This document shows, piece after piece, positions 1 to 12,100 of a stretch of 48,373 nucleotides of DNA. How positions within the stretch are numbered: the stretch's first letter is position 1; each line of letters begins with the position of its first letter. Made by a program: the position numbers and the translations under genes. The DNA is from Octopus bimaculoides. Taxonomy: Eukaryota. The notes beneath the pieces are model-generated. The model was not told where the DNA came from, did no database searches, and saw only the letters and a program-made list of their open reading frames with translations. The stretch lies in NCBI RefSeq assembly GCF_001194135.2, contig NC_068983.1, forward strand, positions 109,929,830 to 109,978,202, written 5' to 3'.

Positions 1-64
1 ATATATATATATATATACATATATATGTGTTTAAATATATATATGTATATATATATATGTATAC

Positions 65-96
<32 letters not shown>

Positions 97-185
97 ATAC
101 ATATATATATATATGTATGTATTTATATATATACATATATGTATATACATGTATATATTTGTTATGTGTATACAAGTATATACAT
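1..185. repeat. (TA)n/(TATG)n compound microsatellite
   Basis: Read directly from the sequence. Confidence 0.95.
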
Positions 186-560
186 TTATTTAAATAATTT
201 GGGAAAATGAATTTCCAAATCAATCAGGTGCAACCCTTCGTCATTACATGCATCTGCATATTGTACCTTGGTGTCTTCTTTATTGCATAGTTTATTTATT
301 TATCTAAAAATATACAAAGTATCTAATAAAATTCAATAGAAATTCAGTTTTTGGGGATTTATAGATATGCAGGTATTCTATTTCAGATGATACAAAAAAA
401 ATAACCTAGTGATTATATCTGAAAGTAAACTCATGGCATCCATATATACATCATGAAATAATACTTTATTCACCATTTTGAAAAGAAATCTTGATTCCAA
501 CAAAAAGGAAGATATGTATTTGCATTTTTCTTGTTATATTTCTCATTTAAACACAGACAC

Positions 561-1030
561 TTTTATTCTCTCCTTCTCATTTACTCATTTACTTGTTTCA
601 GTCATTTGACTGCGGCCATGCTGGAGCACTGCCTTTAGTCGAGCAAATCGATCCCAGGACTTATTCTTTNNNNNNNNNNNNNNNNNNNNNNNNNNNNNNN
701 NNNNNNNNNNNNNNNNNNNNNNNNNNNNNNNNNNNNNNNNNNNNNNNNNNNNNNNNNNNNNNNNNNNNNNNNNNNNNNNNNNNNNNNNNNNNNNNNNNNN
801 NNNNNNNNNNNNNNNNNNNNNNNNNNNNNNNNNNNNNNNNNNNNNNNNNNNNNNNNNNNNNNNNNNNNNNNNNNNNNNNNNNNNNNNNNNNNNNNNNNNN
901 NNNNNNNNNNNNNNNNNNNGTAAGCCCGAGACTATAATAGAAGACACTTGCCCAAAGTGCCACGCAGTGGGACTGAACCCGGGACCATGTGGTTGGTAAG
1001 CAAGCTACTTACCACACATCCACTCCTGCG
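561..1030 (-). mobile_element. tRNA-derived SINE, family A, interrupted by an assembly gap
   Basis: Minus-strand head GCAGGAGTGGATGTGTGGTAAG...CCCGGGTTCAGTCCC with A/B-box-like motifs. The 3' part CTCCAGCATGGCCGCAGTCAAATGACTGAAACAAGTAA recurs at 20840-20880 and, diverged, at 3165-3200. Confidence 0.75.
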
Positions 1031-1526
1031 GATATATAATTTTATATCATATTTTTTATTTGACATTCTATACTTGACTTCATAAGATTGATATATATAC
1101 TAATTCATATATATAATGTATAATTTATAAGTTTTAATTCTTAATATTACAAAGTATAATTTATAGTTTTAATTTTTAACTTTTTAATGTTTAATTTAAT
1201 GCTTAATTTAACGCTTACTTTTTAAAGGGATGTAAAATTAGGTTAACAATACTTTGAAAAAGAACCTGAAGATGTGTCGGAATAATTGAAGATTTGATGA
1301 TTGCATATATATATATGTATAAATTTGTGTGTATGTACATTGTAAGTAGGAGACAATTAAGGAAGTATATTATATTCCCTGCTTATATACTGGTTATATC
1401 CTTTAAAGTATTATTTCATGATGTGCAAATGGATACCATTAGTTTACTTTCAGACATACTCATTAGATTTTTTTTGTATTAATATATCTATTAATCCCCC
1501 AAAACTGAATTATATATACATATGTG

Positions 1527-1563
<37 letters not shown>

Positions 1564-1689
1564 TGAGACATATGTATATATGCATATATATGTGTGTATA
1601 TATAGATAAAAAATTACTTGGAGAAGGATGCGTGGCATTCGATCATATAATAATGTAAATGATATATAAATATATGTATATATCCATAT

Positions 1690-2048
1690 GTGTGTGTTGG
1701 CACTCCGTCGTTTACAACGTCGAGGGTTCGAGTTGGTCCGACCAACGGAACAGCTTGCTCGTGAAATTAATGTGCGTGTGGCTGAGCACTCCACAGACAC
1801 GTGTACTCTTAACGTAGTTCTCGGGGATATTCAGTGTGACAAGGCTGATCCTTTGAATTACAGGCACAACAGAAAAAGGAAGTAAGAGTGAGAGAAAGTT
1901 GTGGTGAGAGAGTACAGCAGGGTTTGCCACCATCTCCTGCTGGAGCCTCATGGAGCTTTAGGTATTTTCGCTCAATAGACACTCACAACGCCCGGTCTGG
2001 GAATCGAAACCGCGATCCTATGATTGTGAGTCCGCTGCCTAGACCACT
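1690..2048 (-). mobile_element. tRNA-derived SINE, family B, slightly 5'-truncated
   Basis: Reverse complement aligns along its length with 41361-41743; B-box GGTTTCGATTCC; tatatccata occurs on both flanks. Confidence 0.8.
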
Positions 2049-2201
2049 ATATATCCATACATATATGTACATATCTACATCCATATGTATACATACATGT
2101 ATACATATAGATGTAGGTATGAACATATATGTATATATATATGTCTATAGATATATAGACATATATACGTATATATATATACATATATATGTGTATATAT
2201 G

Positions 2202-2232
<31 letters not shown>

Positions 2233-2265
2233 ATATATATGTATATATATATACACATATATATG

Positions 2266-2306
<41 letters not shown>

Positions 2307-2400
2307 NNNNNNNNNNNNNNNNNNNNNNNNNNNNNNNNNNNNNNNNNNNNNNNNNNNNNNNNNNNNNNNNNNNNNNNNNNNNNGTGTGTATATATATATG

Positions 2401-2431
<31 letters not shown>

Positions 2432-2690
2432 TTAGATATGTATGTATATATATATATACATATGTATGTATACATATATATATGTATACATATGTATGTA
2501 TACATATATATATGTATACATATGTATGTATACACATATATATATATATATATATATTCATATATACATATATATATATGTATGTATATATAAAAAAATA
2601 TTTTCAGAATGTGATTAAAAACCAAGGGTGTGAAGATTGTAGAACATTTATAAATAGGTCTTACAGCTGTTTCCAGGATATTTACATATA

Positions 2691-2743
<53 letters not shown>

Positions 2744-2855
2744 GCGCATATATACACGCGTGTGTGTATGTGTATATATATGTATGTATATATATATATG
2801 TATATATATATAGATATGTGTGTATATATATGTATATATATATATAGACACATAT
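2049..2855. repeat. Large compound (TA)n/(TG)n microsatellite field with gap 2307-2383
   Basis: Read directly; source of the spurious YI/CV ORFs. Confidence 0.95.
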
Positions 2856-2875
2856 GTGTGTTTGTGAACAGTTAC

Positions 2876-3205
2876 AGGCATGTTTGTGTGGTAAAAATTT
2901 TGCTTCCCTGTCAGATTGTTCTGGGTTCAGTCCAACTGTGTTGCAATTTGTGAATAGATTTGTTACATGGAAATAGAAAAATGCCTATTATATGTGTCTT
3001 TGTCTTTTTGTTTGTCACCCACCACTCGATATTTGGTGTTGGTTTGTGTTTGTCCCCATAATTTATTGGTCCAGCAAAAAGTGACTTAAAGAATAAGTAC
3101 TAGACTTCTATTATAAAAGATGTACATGAGTCAATTTGTTCAACTAAACCCTTCAAGGCATTTCCCCAGCATGGCTACAGCCTAATAATTGAAATAAATG
3201 AACGA
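2876..3205 (+). mobile_element. Diverged SINE, family A
   Basis: Head ...GTGTGGTAAAAATTTTGCTTCC...GGGTTCAGTCC and tail CCCCAGCATGGCTACAG resemble 561-1030. Confidence 0.6.
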
Positions 3206-3210
3206 TAAGT

Positions 3211-3470
3211 GCAGGCATGGTTGTGTATTAAAAAAATTTGCTGAACCACATTGTTTCCTGTTTAATTCCAGTATATGGCACCATGGGCAAATGTCTTCTA
3301 CTCTCACCTTTGGCCAATCTAAGCCCTTGTGAATGGATCTTGTAGATGGGAGCTAAAACATTTTTGTAATATGTACATGTCTGTGTTTGTCTTTGCATTT
3401 GTCTCCCACCACTGCTTAATAATTCATGTGGGTTTATTTGCGTCCCCGTAACTTAACATTCATGCATGCT
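3211..3470 (+). mobile_element. Diverged, 3'-truncated SINE, family A
   Basis: GCAGGCATGGTTGTG...GGCACCATGGGCAAATGTCTTCTACT matches the family A head. Confidence 0.55.
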
Positions 3471-3489
3471 GTAAATGATTGATAGATAT

Positions 3490-3630
3490 TAAGAGGGGGG
3501 CATCCAGTTTTTAAAAACCATGTTGAAATAGATAGCGAAGCAAGATGCAGTCCTTGAGACTGACAGATCCTGCCAAGTTGTCCAACTCATGGTAGCATTG
3601 ACCATGAATGTTAAAAGATGATGATGATTG
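3490..3630 (+). mobile_element. RTE-LINE-type 3' tail fragment
   Basis: AAGAGGGGGGCATCCAG...GTTAAAAGATGATGATGAT, similar to 26710-26905. Confidence 0.5.
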
Positions 3631-6600
3631 CACATAGTTATGCATACAAGCATAACATGTTTAACCACCCTCATGCCTCTACATTCATGCATACATACCG
3701 TTTTCTAATTAGTGCCATGTATTTTTGGCTTGTTACACTACTTTTTATCTCATAGCAATGAGAAAATTATTTGAAATTTCCACATAGGTTTCATACTTCT
3801 GTATTTTGAAAATTTATTTTCTCTGAGTTGAATTCTCTTCTACTTAGTGAATATTTTGTTATCTGTAGTACAATCTCATTTCTATCACCTCTTCTGTGTT
3901 TCACCTTTGGAATATGATAATTGTTGCTTATTCACAACATTAATCTCTGCTGTAACTTCTGTAGTATCTTTCTTAACTTTTCTGGTATTTAGATAATGTT
4001 CAAAGCATACCTTTTCTGTAATTTATTAATTTTGTTTTAGTTTTTGTTTTACTGTCTTTAAGTCAAATATTTCATCATCTTTCTTCTTCAAAGTAATGAA
4101 CCCATTATGGTAATTTTTCTTTGAAACCTTCTTGTGCTAATGAAATAATTTATAATTCTTTCATTGAAATAAATGCTTTCTCTACAAACTAGAAAATTTT
4201 GAAATGACAGTATTTCTTTTAGATTTTTTAGAAAACATTCTGTTCATTTTTCACATAGTTAAGAACTATTTTTCTGAAAATCTTAGTTTCCTTTCTATAC
4301 TTTTAGTTTGGTTTTGGCATCCTCTATTCATTCTTAAAATACGTATCTTCGTTTGTGTTCATTTCCTTATTTCTTCATTTAACTTTATAATTTAATCAAT
4401 TTTTGAACATAAAAACTGAGAGAATTCTAGTATATAGTTTATACACCAGATGTTTGGCCTTATGTTTCAAGTCGTGCTTTTATTTACACTTGTGTTAGAA
4501 CATTTTCCATATTGTTTACCTTTATTGCCTCCTGCGTTATATTTCAAAGATAAACTGCATTAAAAAGAAATAGTTGTTCCCTATTTCTTATTTGCAGTTT
4601 TAAATTATTAATACTGATGTATTACCTTTTTCAATTCTAACTTACTTCTCAAACTCAATTTCAATTGGGAATCACATTTTTTTGTTTCATTATGTATCTT
4701 CTTTATAAGATTTAAAAAAAAAATGTTCACTCTCAGTATGATTTTAAAATACATTAAATTAAGTGCCTATTTTATGGAACGTATTTTTAACCAGTGAATA
4801 ATAAATGTAGTAGTTTTGTCATAAAGCAGCTATCAAATGAGAATGATTGAAACGACTTACAATTTGAAAACTTGCTATGTGTATATTAATTAGCAATTTC
4901 TCTTTATACAACTGAAGAATTTTTCTGTATATCATATAATTAGTTCATGGTAATTAATACTTTTAATTATTTCATGATAATTACTACTTTAAATATGGTC
5001 AGTATTCTAATTTTTTTTTTATAATAGTAGGCACAATTGCTGAGTTTTTTTGTTTTTTTTTCAAGATTTTGTTTTGTTTTTTGTTGACATTATATTCTAA
5101 TAGTTGCAGAGATTTAAAAAATGCTGATTATTTTAAGTTTTTGTATGCTCTTTTAAAATTGCTTTTAAACTTTTCGTTCATGTAAACGTTTTAAGATATT
5201 ATTTGCTGTTTATATCTTTCATGATTCATGGAAATAGTTGTGACATTACACACCTTTCTTAACTTAATAATTATATACTTTTATACCTTATTCTAGTAAT
5301 ATATACACTGCCAGGCAAACAGGCATACTAACAAACTGACACTACACTACACACACAAACTAATTAAATTTGTTCAATTGTCATCTTGTACGACTTTCTT
5401 CATCTGACTTTCAGGTCATTTAGAAAGAATTGTATGCTCTAGCATTTGATTGTTTTGTTGCTTTACATCTTCAGTTTAAGATCACAAGCCTGTTTGCTAA
5501 ATACACACTTTGCTATATTATGCTGTAATATAGTTTGGATTTTTTAATAGTGAATAGAAACATTTTCTAACTCTTAAGCACTATAACTGCATCTGATACA
5601 TAATCCTCATGGACACAAATTTATTATGTTTATTTAATTCAAAATATCTCATCTGTTGTAAAATTATGAAAATTTTCTATTTCATAAATGTATTAGTGTG
5701 TATGTGCATGCATGAGTGGATGCATATATGTGTGTATGTGTATGAGTGGATGTATGTGTGTTGAAGCATGAGTGGATTCATACATATATATATATATATA
5801 TCACATAGTCATGCATGAATGGGTGTGTGCATTATTTATAATCAATTTCATATTTACACCAGTGATGGTTTACTTTCAATATTTCTTGTGCCTAATGTGT
5901 ATAAGCCTATTTAGGATTTCAGTTTCATTGAATAGCATGTTCCATTATTCGTATTATGTAGACATAAGTTCAGTTTATTCAAGAATTTCTCACCATTTAT
6001 TAGATCTTATATTATCGTTTCATATTATCGTTTCATTTTTCATTGCCTTTCTATAGTATTTTTTTTCTTAGTAATCTCCTTAAATTTTTGTCTTCAGATA
6101 TCTCAGTGTTCTAGATTGAAGATTTGCTTATTACTGGATACTAGAAACTACTTGCTGGATTTCTGTAAATCTTTAAGAATTCAAGTGTTAGCAACAGTAG
6201 TGTGGAGTGAATGCAGACTTACAAATCAAAATCATCTCTTCAGTTATTCTGCAAAAATATGTTTTTATCTTAACCTTTTCATTGTTGATCTTTCCTTCAC
6301 TTATTTTTTCTCAACTTTGCAATTTCAGTGTTGGCTTACTCTTCTTAATTTTCTTAAGTTTGTTAGATGACTGCATGTGCACTTCAAAACTTAAGGTTTA
6401 TACTGCAAACCTACTTTTAATTTATGAAGCATCATAAGTATTGGTTATTAATGACGTGATAAACTTTCAGTTATGTTATATTTTTGAAGCTTTACTTTAA
6501 TTCTAAAATATTATTTATTTAAACAGAAAGCATTCTTCTTACAAAATTTTGAGTATAAATTGGTGTAGTGGTAGAAAATGATTGGGTGTTTTCACTGTAT

Positions 6601-8084
6601 TACAGATTCATTATTTCTATATAGCTTTTCTTCTAAAAAATTACTCATATGAATCTTGCTTAGTATTAAAACTGCTTTCAAATTACAAAAAGTTAATGTA
6701 AGATTGGGATATGATAAAGTAAACGTAAAGGTATTTTATGATCATTATATTTTACGAAGTCAGCATGCAAATAGAGATTGATAGCTAAGTACATACATAA
6801 AAAAGTATCATTTTTCTTTCGTATGTTTATGCCTCAGATGACATACTTGTTTAAATCGAAATCCTTTGACACTTAGCATAGTTAGTAATTTGATTGTCAC
6901 TTCTTGTTTTGTGGGAAACGTTTATCTAAAATTTAATCAGAGTTCTGGACTAGATATATTCCTTTATAAATTTTCTATATTAGATCTATAGTAAATTAGA
7001 ATACTTTCTGAAAGCAGCCCATTATCAAGTTACCTACTTTCATAGAATTTTACTATTATTGACACCATAACAATTATTTTATTTTCACTTATCTCAAACT
7101 ATATTAATTTAAATTATTATATGTTATACTTGTTTTCCATGATTATTATTCAATTATAATTTTTAAGCTTTCGGGGTAACAATTCAAAAAGTTCTTTTAA
7201 ATGTTTATTGGGGATTTGTACTCATCTTTGTTTTTGTGGCATCATTACATGATGAGCACTTTAGTGTCTTTTATCTGAGATACAATTTTTCAATGTTTTA
7301 CATTTTGATATTTTATATCACTTAATATATCTGAAATTTTAGCAAATTCTGTTATGATTTCATTATTAGCTTTTATTTGTTTCATCCTATTTGCAATACA
7401 GAATAGCATGTTACTTAGTGAATTCACAGTATAAAATTATTTAAGGTTTAATGGAATTATCCCATTGCTAGGATTTATCTTATTTTTCATAGTGTATATA
7501 GAGATTAAAATATTTTCTTGCTCAAAAATGAAAATACATTAAATTTAACTGTATATTGTAAAAAGTTTTCAAATTTATATTTACATTAAAGTGTTTACAT
7601 TACAATAGTTATATCAGTGAAAATTTACTCATCATATGCTTTCCATTAGTATTTTTAAAAATATCAGTGGAAAGTTTTAAATTCACATACTAGTTGAGCT
7701 TCATTCTGCATCCTACAAATTATTTATATCTTTACTTCATATATTTTATTTCAAATCTTTATTTGAAATAATGCATCATTGAATCCTTAGTAGTTTATGT
7801 TTTATTTAGTTTTGCATTTAAGAATTATTATTTTATATTAGCTGCTGCAGCTCAAAACATTTTTCTTTAGAATTATGTTAAATTACATACATAAAAACAC
7901 CAACTTGATTTCTATTCCTCAGTATTACAGACGAATATCATTTTATATTATTGCTTAATGTAAACTTCTATAACTATGTTTACACTTAATTTTAACACTT
8001 TATGAACCTGGAGATAATGAATATATATTTAATATTTTCATTCACATACTAAGGCCTTTTTTACAATTTACATAGTTCATATTG

Positions 8085-8089
8085 TTATA

Positions 8090-8125
<36 letters not shown>

Positions 8126-8164
8126 AACACACACACACACACACACACATATACATGCACACAT

Positions 8165-8217
<53 letters not shown>

Positions 8218-8281
8218 CATACATATATATATACACACATGTATATATATATTTATATATGTACATACATATATATATATA
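8085..8281. repeat. (TA)n(CA)n(TA)n compound microsatellite
   Basis: Read directly. Confidence 0.95.
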
Positions 8282-8996
8282 ACACTCAAGGACTATTATA
8301 CAGTTTAATGGAAATTATAAACAAAATAGTCAAGCTGTGTATAATTTCATAATTATTGATAAAAACATAAAATAACTCAATATTGTAATATTTGCCAACA
8401 TTTTAAATTTTGGAATTGTCTAGTTTATTCGTGAAAATATAACAAATAATGATAGAGCCAAGCAATCAAATTTCTTGCTAATAATTAACTTCTATGCATA
8501 AATCTGATATTTAGATGTATTGATTTATATTTGTTGAAAATAGTTATTGTAATAGATAATTATTTGAAAATATGATCCCTTTAAATGGCAGAGTTTTTGA
8601 GAAACTGTAAATCGTTACGAATGTTAGTCATTTCTTTTTACATATTGCCTTTTCTTTTACTCAGTCAACTTTTATGTTTTTTAACAAACAATTGTTACAT
8701 AGTTTTCTTTACATTACATTTCTTTACATAAAGTAAAATATTTTTTTCATTCTGGAGTAAATGAAAAGCAATATTGTGAGTAAATTGTAGTTACTGGCTA
8801 TTTTATATTTTTACTCTTTTATTTTGTAAGTATTATCATATATTACAAACTATTTTCTACAAATGATATTTTATTTCTTTTGAAGTGTTGGATATATGTT
8901 ATGATGAATATTTTCAGAATTGCAATCAACACACTCATATATAGTATATATGTATGTATCTGTATAATTAATTTGTATACATTTTATTTTCTGTAG

Positions 8997-9173
8997 GTGT
9001 GAAAAAATGAATATGGCCTGTGAAAATTGCACGAAACTCTGTGCTTGGCAACCTCCCATTCAAAAAGATGACTGTAAAGTACTTGGGGATGAAGCTGACA
9101 ATGGCTGGTCCCCTCGTCTCAGGGTTTGCTATACCTGTTGTTTACATACAAAGTGTTCATCTATATGTGACCG
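8997..9173 (+). CDS. Exon 1 of the model (probably internal): Cys-rich segment CEKMNMACENCTKLC...CYTCCLHTKCSSICD
   Basis: Acceptor ttttctgtAG ends at 8996. Donor CG|GTATTA at 9174 gives phase 2 and joins CDR to CLKG. A phase-2 GC donor at 9204 is an alternative. Confidence 0.75.
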
Positions 9174-12100
9174 GTATTACAGCAGCCCTTGCCGACCTAA
9201 GATGCAAGTACTTTTTATATGTTCATTTATCTGAAAGCCTGAATTGATTCTTCTCTATTGTAAAAATTATATATTTGGTCTCTGTCTAATAAAGGTAACA
9301 AAAAGAAAGACAAAAAAGAAAATTGATAGGACTCTATTATTTCTGAAAATGAGATTAAAATATAGAATTATGAGATTTGTGAGGAAAAATTGAAAGTAGG
9401 TATTGCTTTTGCTTTTCTTTCTTTGAGTGGAAGAAAATAAATTATCTCAATAAAATATTAAGTAATTTATAAACAAATGTTGCTTTTGGTTGATTTATTG
9501 TAAACACAAAGTGAGAAAAAATGCGTGACGTTAACTTGTAATTTTTTTTTTTAATTTTTTAATTCTCATGTAGAAATTTTATTTGAATATATTGTTACAC
9601 CTTTTATATAATATATATTTATACACCTGGTAATGTACATGCTTAAATGAAAAAGTCTACTGGCTGCAATTATTTCAGTTACTTATTTCTAAATCAATAA
9701 AATCAATTTCTAAATTTAGAGAAGGAAAATAATTTATCTATTTGTTACAAGAGAATACAATCAACAGGCATTTGTATGGTAGTTTATAGAAATCCTGTCT
9801 TAAGCAAACAAATTATTTTAAGTAATGAAAAGCTTATATTTAATTGTAGAAATTATTTTTGTTTTTAAGTAGCTTGAGGGTAAATTTAAATTTTCCGCTT
9901 AATTAATAAAGCGTACATTTGGATACATTAAGAGTTTACATTAAAAGACTTAAAAGGGTGAAAAAGTATCTAAGAAGTACATGAACCCTAAATTATCTTG
10001 AGTTTATCAAAACTTGTTTGAAAAGACATGTTAAATGTTAAGCTTGCTAGAAATCGTTTGTATACATAAACTGATAATCTACTTTATTTTCTGAACTTTG
10101 CTGCTTAGATCTTTACATTATATTTGTATTTAAATAGTAATGACATTGTCAGATATCAGAAATGTTACATTTTGTCTAATGTTTAATGAACAAAAGCTTT
10201 GTTACATAAATGGATCTTAATATAATTACTGACTCACAAATACTTATTGGTAAAACATGCAATCCTTCATGCATTGTATTTTAACTTCAGGCAAAATATT
10301 ACTTACATCAATAAATCTTTAAATATATGTAATGGATGATTATTTAGCATATCTAAGTGCAGTCAGCAATAAAACTTATTCTTCTATTATCAACGTAAAG
10401 TATCAGCATTTTAAATAACAATGTAACCCTAATGCTTTTTCAATAGGGATAAAAGAATGAAAAAAAATTTCATGTATAGTGATGGTGAGTCCCATAATGT
10501 ACTAGATTTTAAAGGAATCACAGGAAACTGTCTTGTGATTATCCAAAGCAGATCTGCTTGATATAATTTTCTCTCTCCAGCTTACAGGAGGAGTAACAAA
10601 GCTAAAACAATATACTGTCATTTATTCAGTCCTTCCAGTGTTTACAACTATAGTTTATGCTCACATCTGGTACCTAATTAACAGCTAAGTAAACTTGGCT
10701 GTTGGATTTAAATGTTATATTTGGATACTGGACAGTGGAAATGATAAAATATTAACCTGGACATTTGGTTGGTAGTCCATTGCTTTTGTAGATTAATTAA
10801 AGAGAAAAAATTAATAAAATGTGCAAGGAGAATTAACTAAAGTGGACAAGTGACTTCAATTAGAAGAATTAAGGTGCAGGTGCATAGCCTAGTGGTTGCA
10901 CTCATGTTCACTAGATTGTGGGTTCAATTCCTAGACTGGGTGGTGCATTATGTTCTTGAGCAAAAGACTTCATTTCATATTGCTTCAGTTCCTCTTTCAG
11001 TCAGTGGGGAATGTTGGCCGGTAGGTGTCTTTCAAAAGCTAAAATGATGCAAAGCACATAGTGACTAGCAATGTGTAACAACATCTGACAGTCTGGTCAG
11101 CCATGTGATGTGTGTGTGTAGATATATATAGTGGAATAATGTTTTCTGTGTACACACATGCATATATATATATAGTGGATAAAGTTTTATGTATACACAC
11201 AAACATATGCTCACATAAAACTTTATCCACTTGAATTTCTTACCCTATCAGTATCATTATAAGGCTTCCAGAGATCCCAGCCTACTAAGGGTCACTACTG
11301 ACAACTTTATTGAGGGCTGCATGGCTAGTTTGATATCATTCTATCTACTTGTCGTATTTCATCACTCAGCTATGAGATAGTCATTTAACAGAACCAATAC
11401 ATAGTTATAACATACACAGCACTAAACCTTCTCTTCTCAGAAACAGCACATTTCTAAAACTCTTGCAAACTCTGTGGATGCTTATAAAACTCTGACTTGT
11501 ACAGCAACCATTAATCTATAACACAGTCAAATACGTAAATCTTTTACTTCTAAACCAAAACCTATTTCATCCCCAAAATGATTAGCATTATTTCAATAAT
11601 TCATTATCATTTATAATTATCTAAGTTAATTATTGATAATATAATTTTGAATACTTAGACTTATTCATTTACTTTTTCATGTAAATTACAAAGAAGAATT
11701 AAATGATTCCTACTATAGTTTACATTGATTAATGTACATAGTGATTAACACAAGTTTTTTAAAAAAGCAGTATCTTGAAATACATAAAATAAAGAAATAA
11801 ACTTTTATTTTGAAGCTAATAAACAATATTAGTGTGTATTATTTTATTGTGAATTCTATTACTTTGATAAGAAGTTTTTCTGCTTCAGTTTTCTATAGTT
11901 TTTTTTAATTTTGTTTTACTTTCAGATGCCTAAAAGGTAGTGTTCTTGAATTTATTTTAAAACCTATGTTTAAGGAAACTATGTATTGTCATGTACACCC
12001 AACTGCTCAGAGGACGCTTCTGGAAGTGGACTTTGCCATTATGTATGATGAAAGACTTTTATACAAGGAAACTTTCCAGATTGGAGCAAAACCCGAGTGG

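Noticed and set aside
25-2953. Many YI/CV-rich ORFs and poly-X ORFs (also 8042-8352, 26914-27268, 45306-45812)
   Set aside because: They are translations of (TA)n/(TG)n microsatellites or of N gaps
6098-6437. Two overlapping hydrophobic ORFs as possible signal-peptide exons
   Set aside because: Hydrophobicity is explained by T-richness; the best donor (AAG|GTTTAT) is phase 0 and does not fit the phase-2 acceptor at 8997
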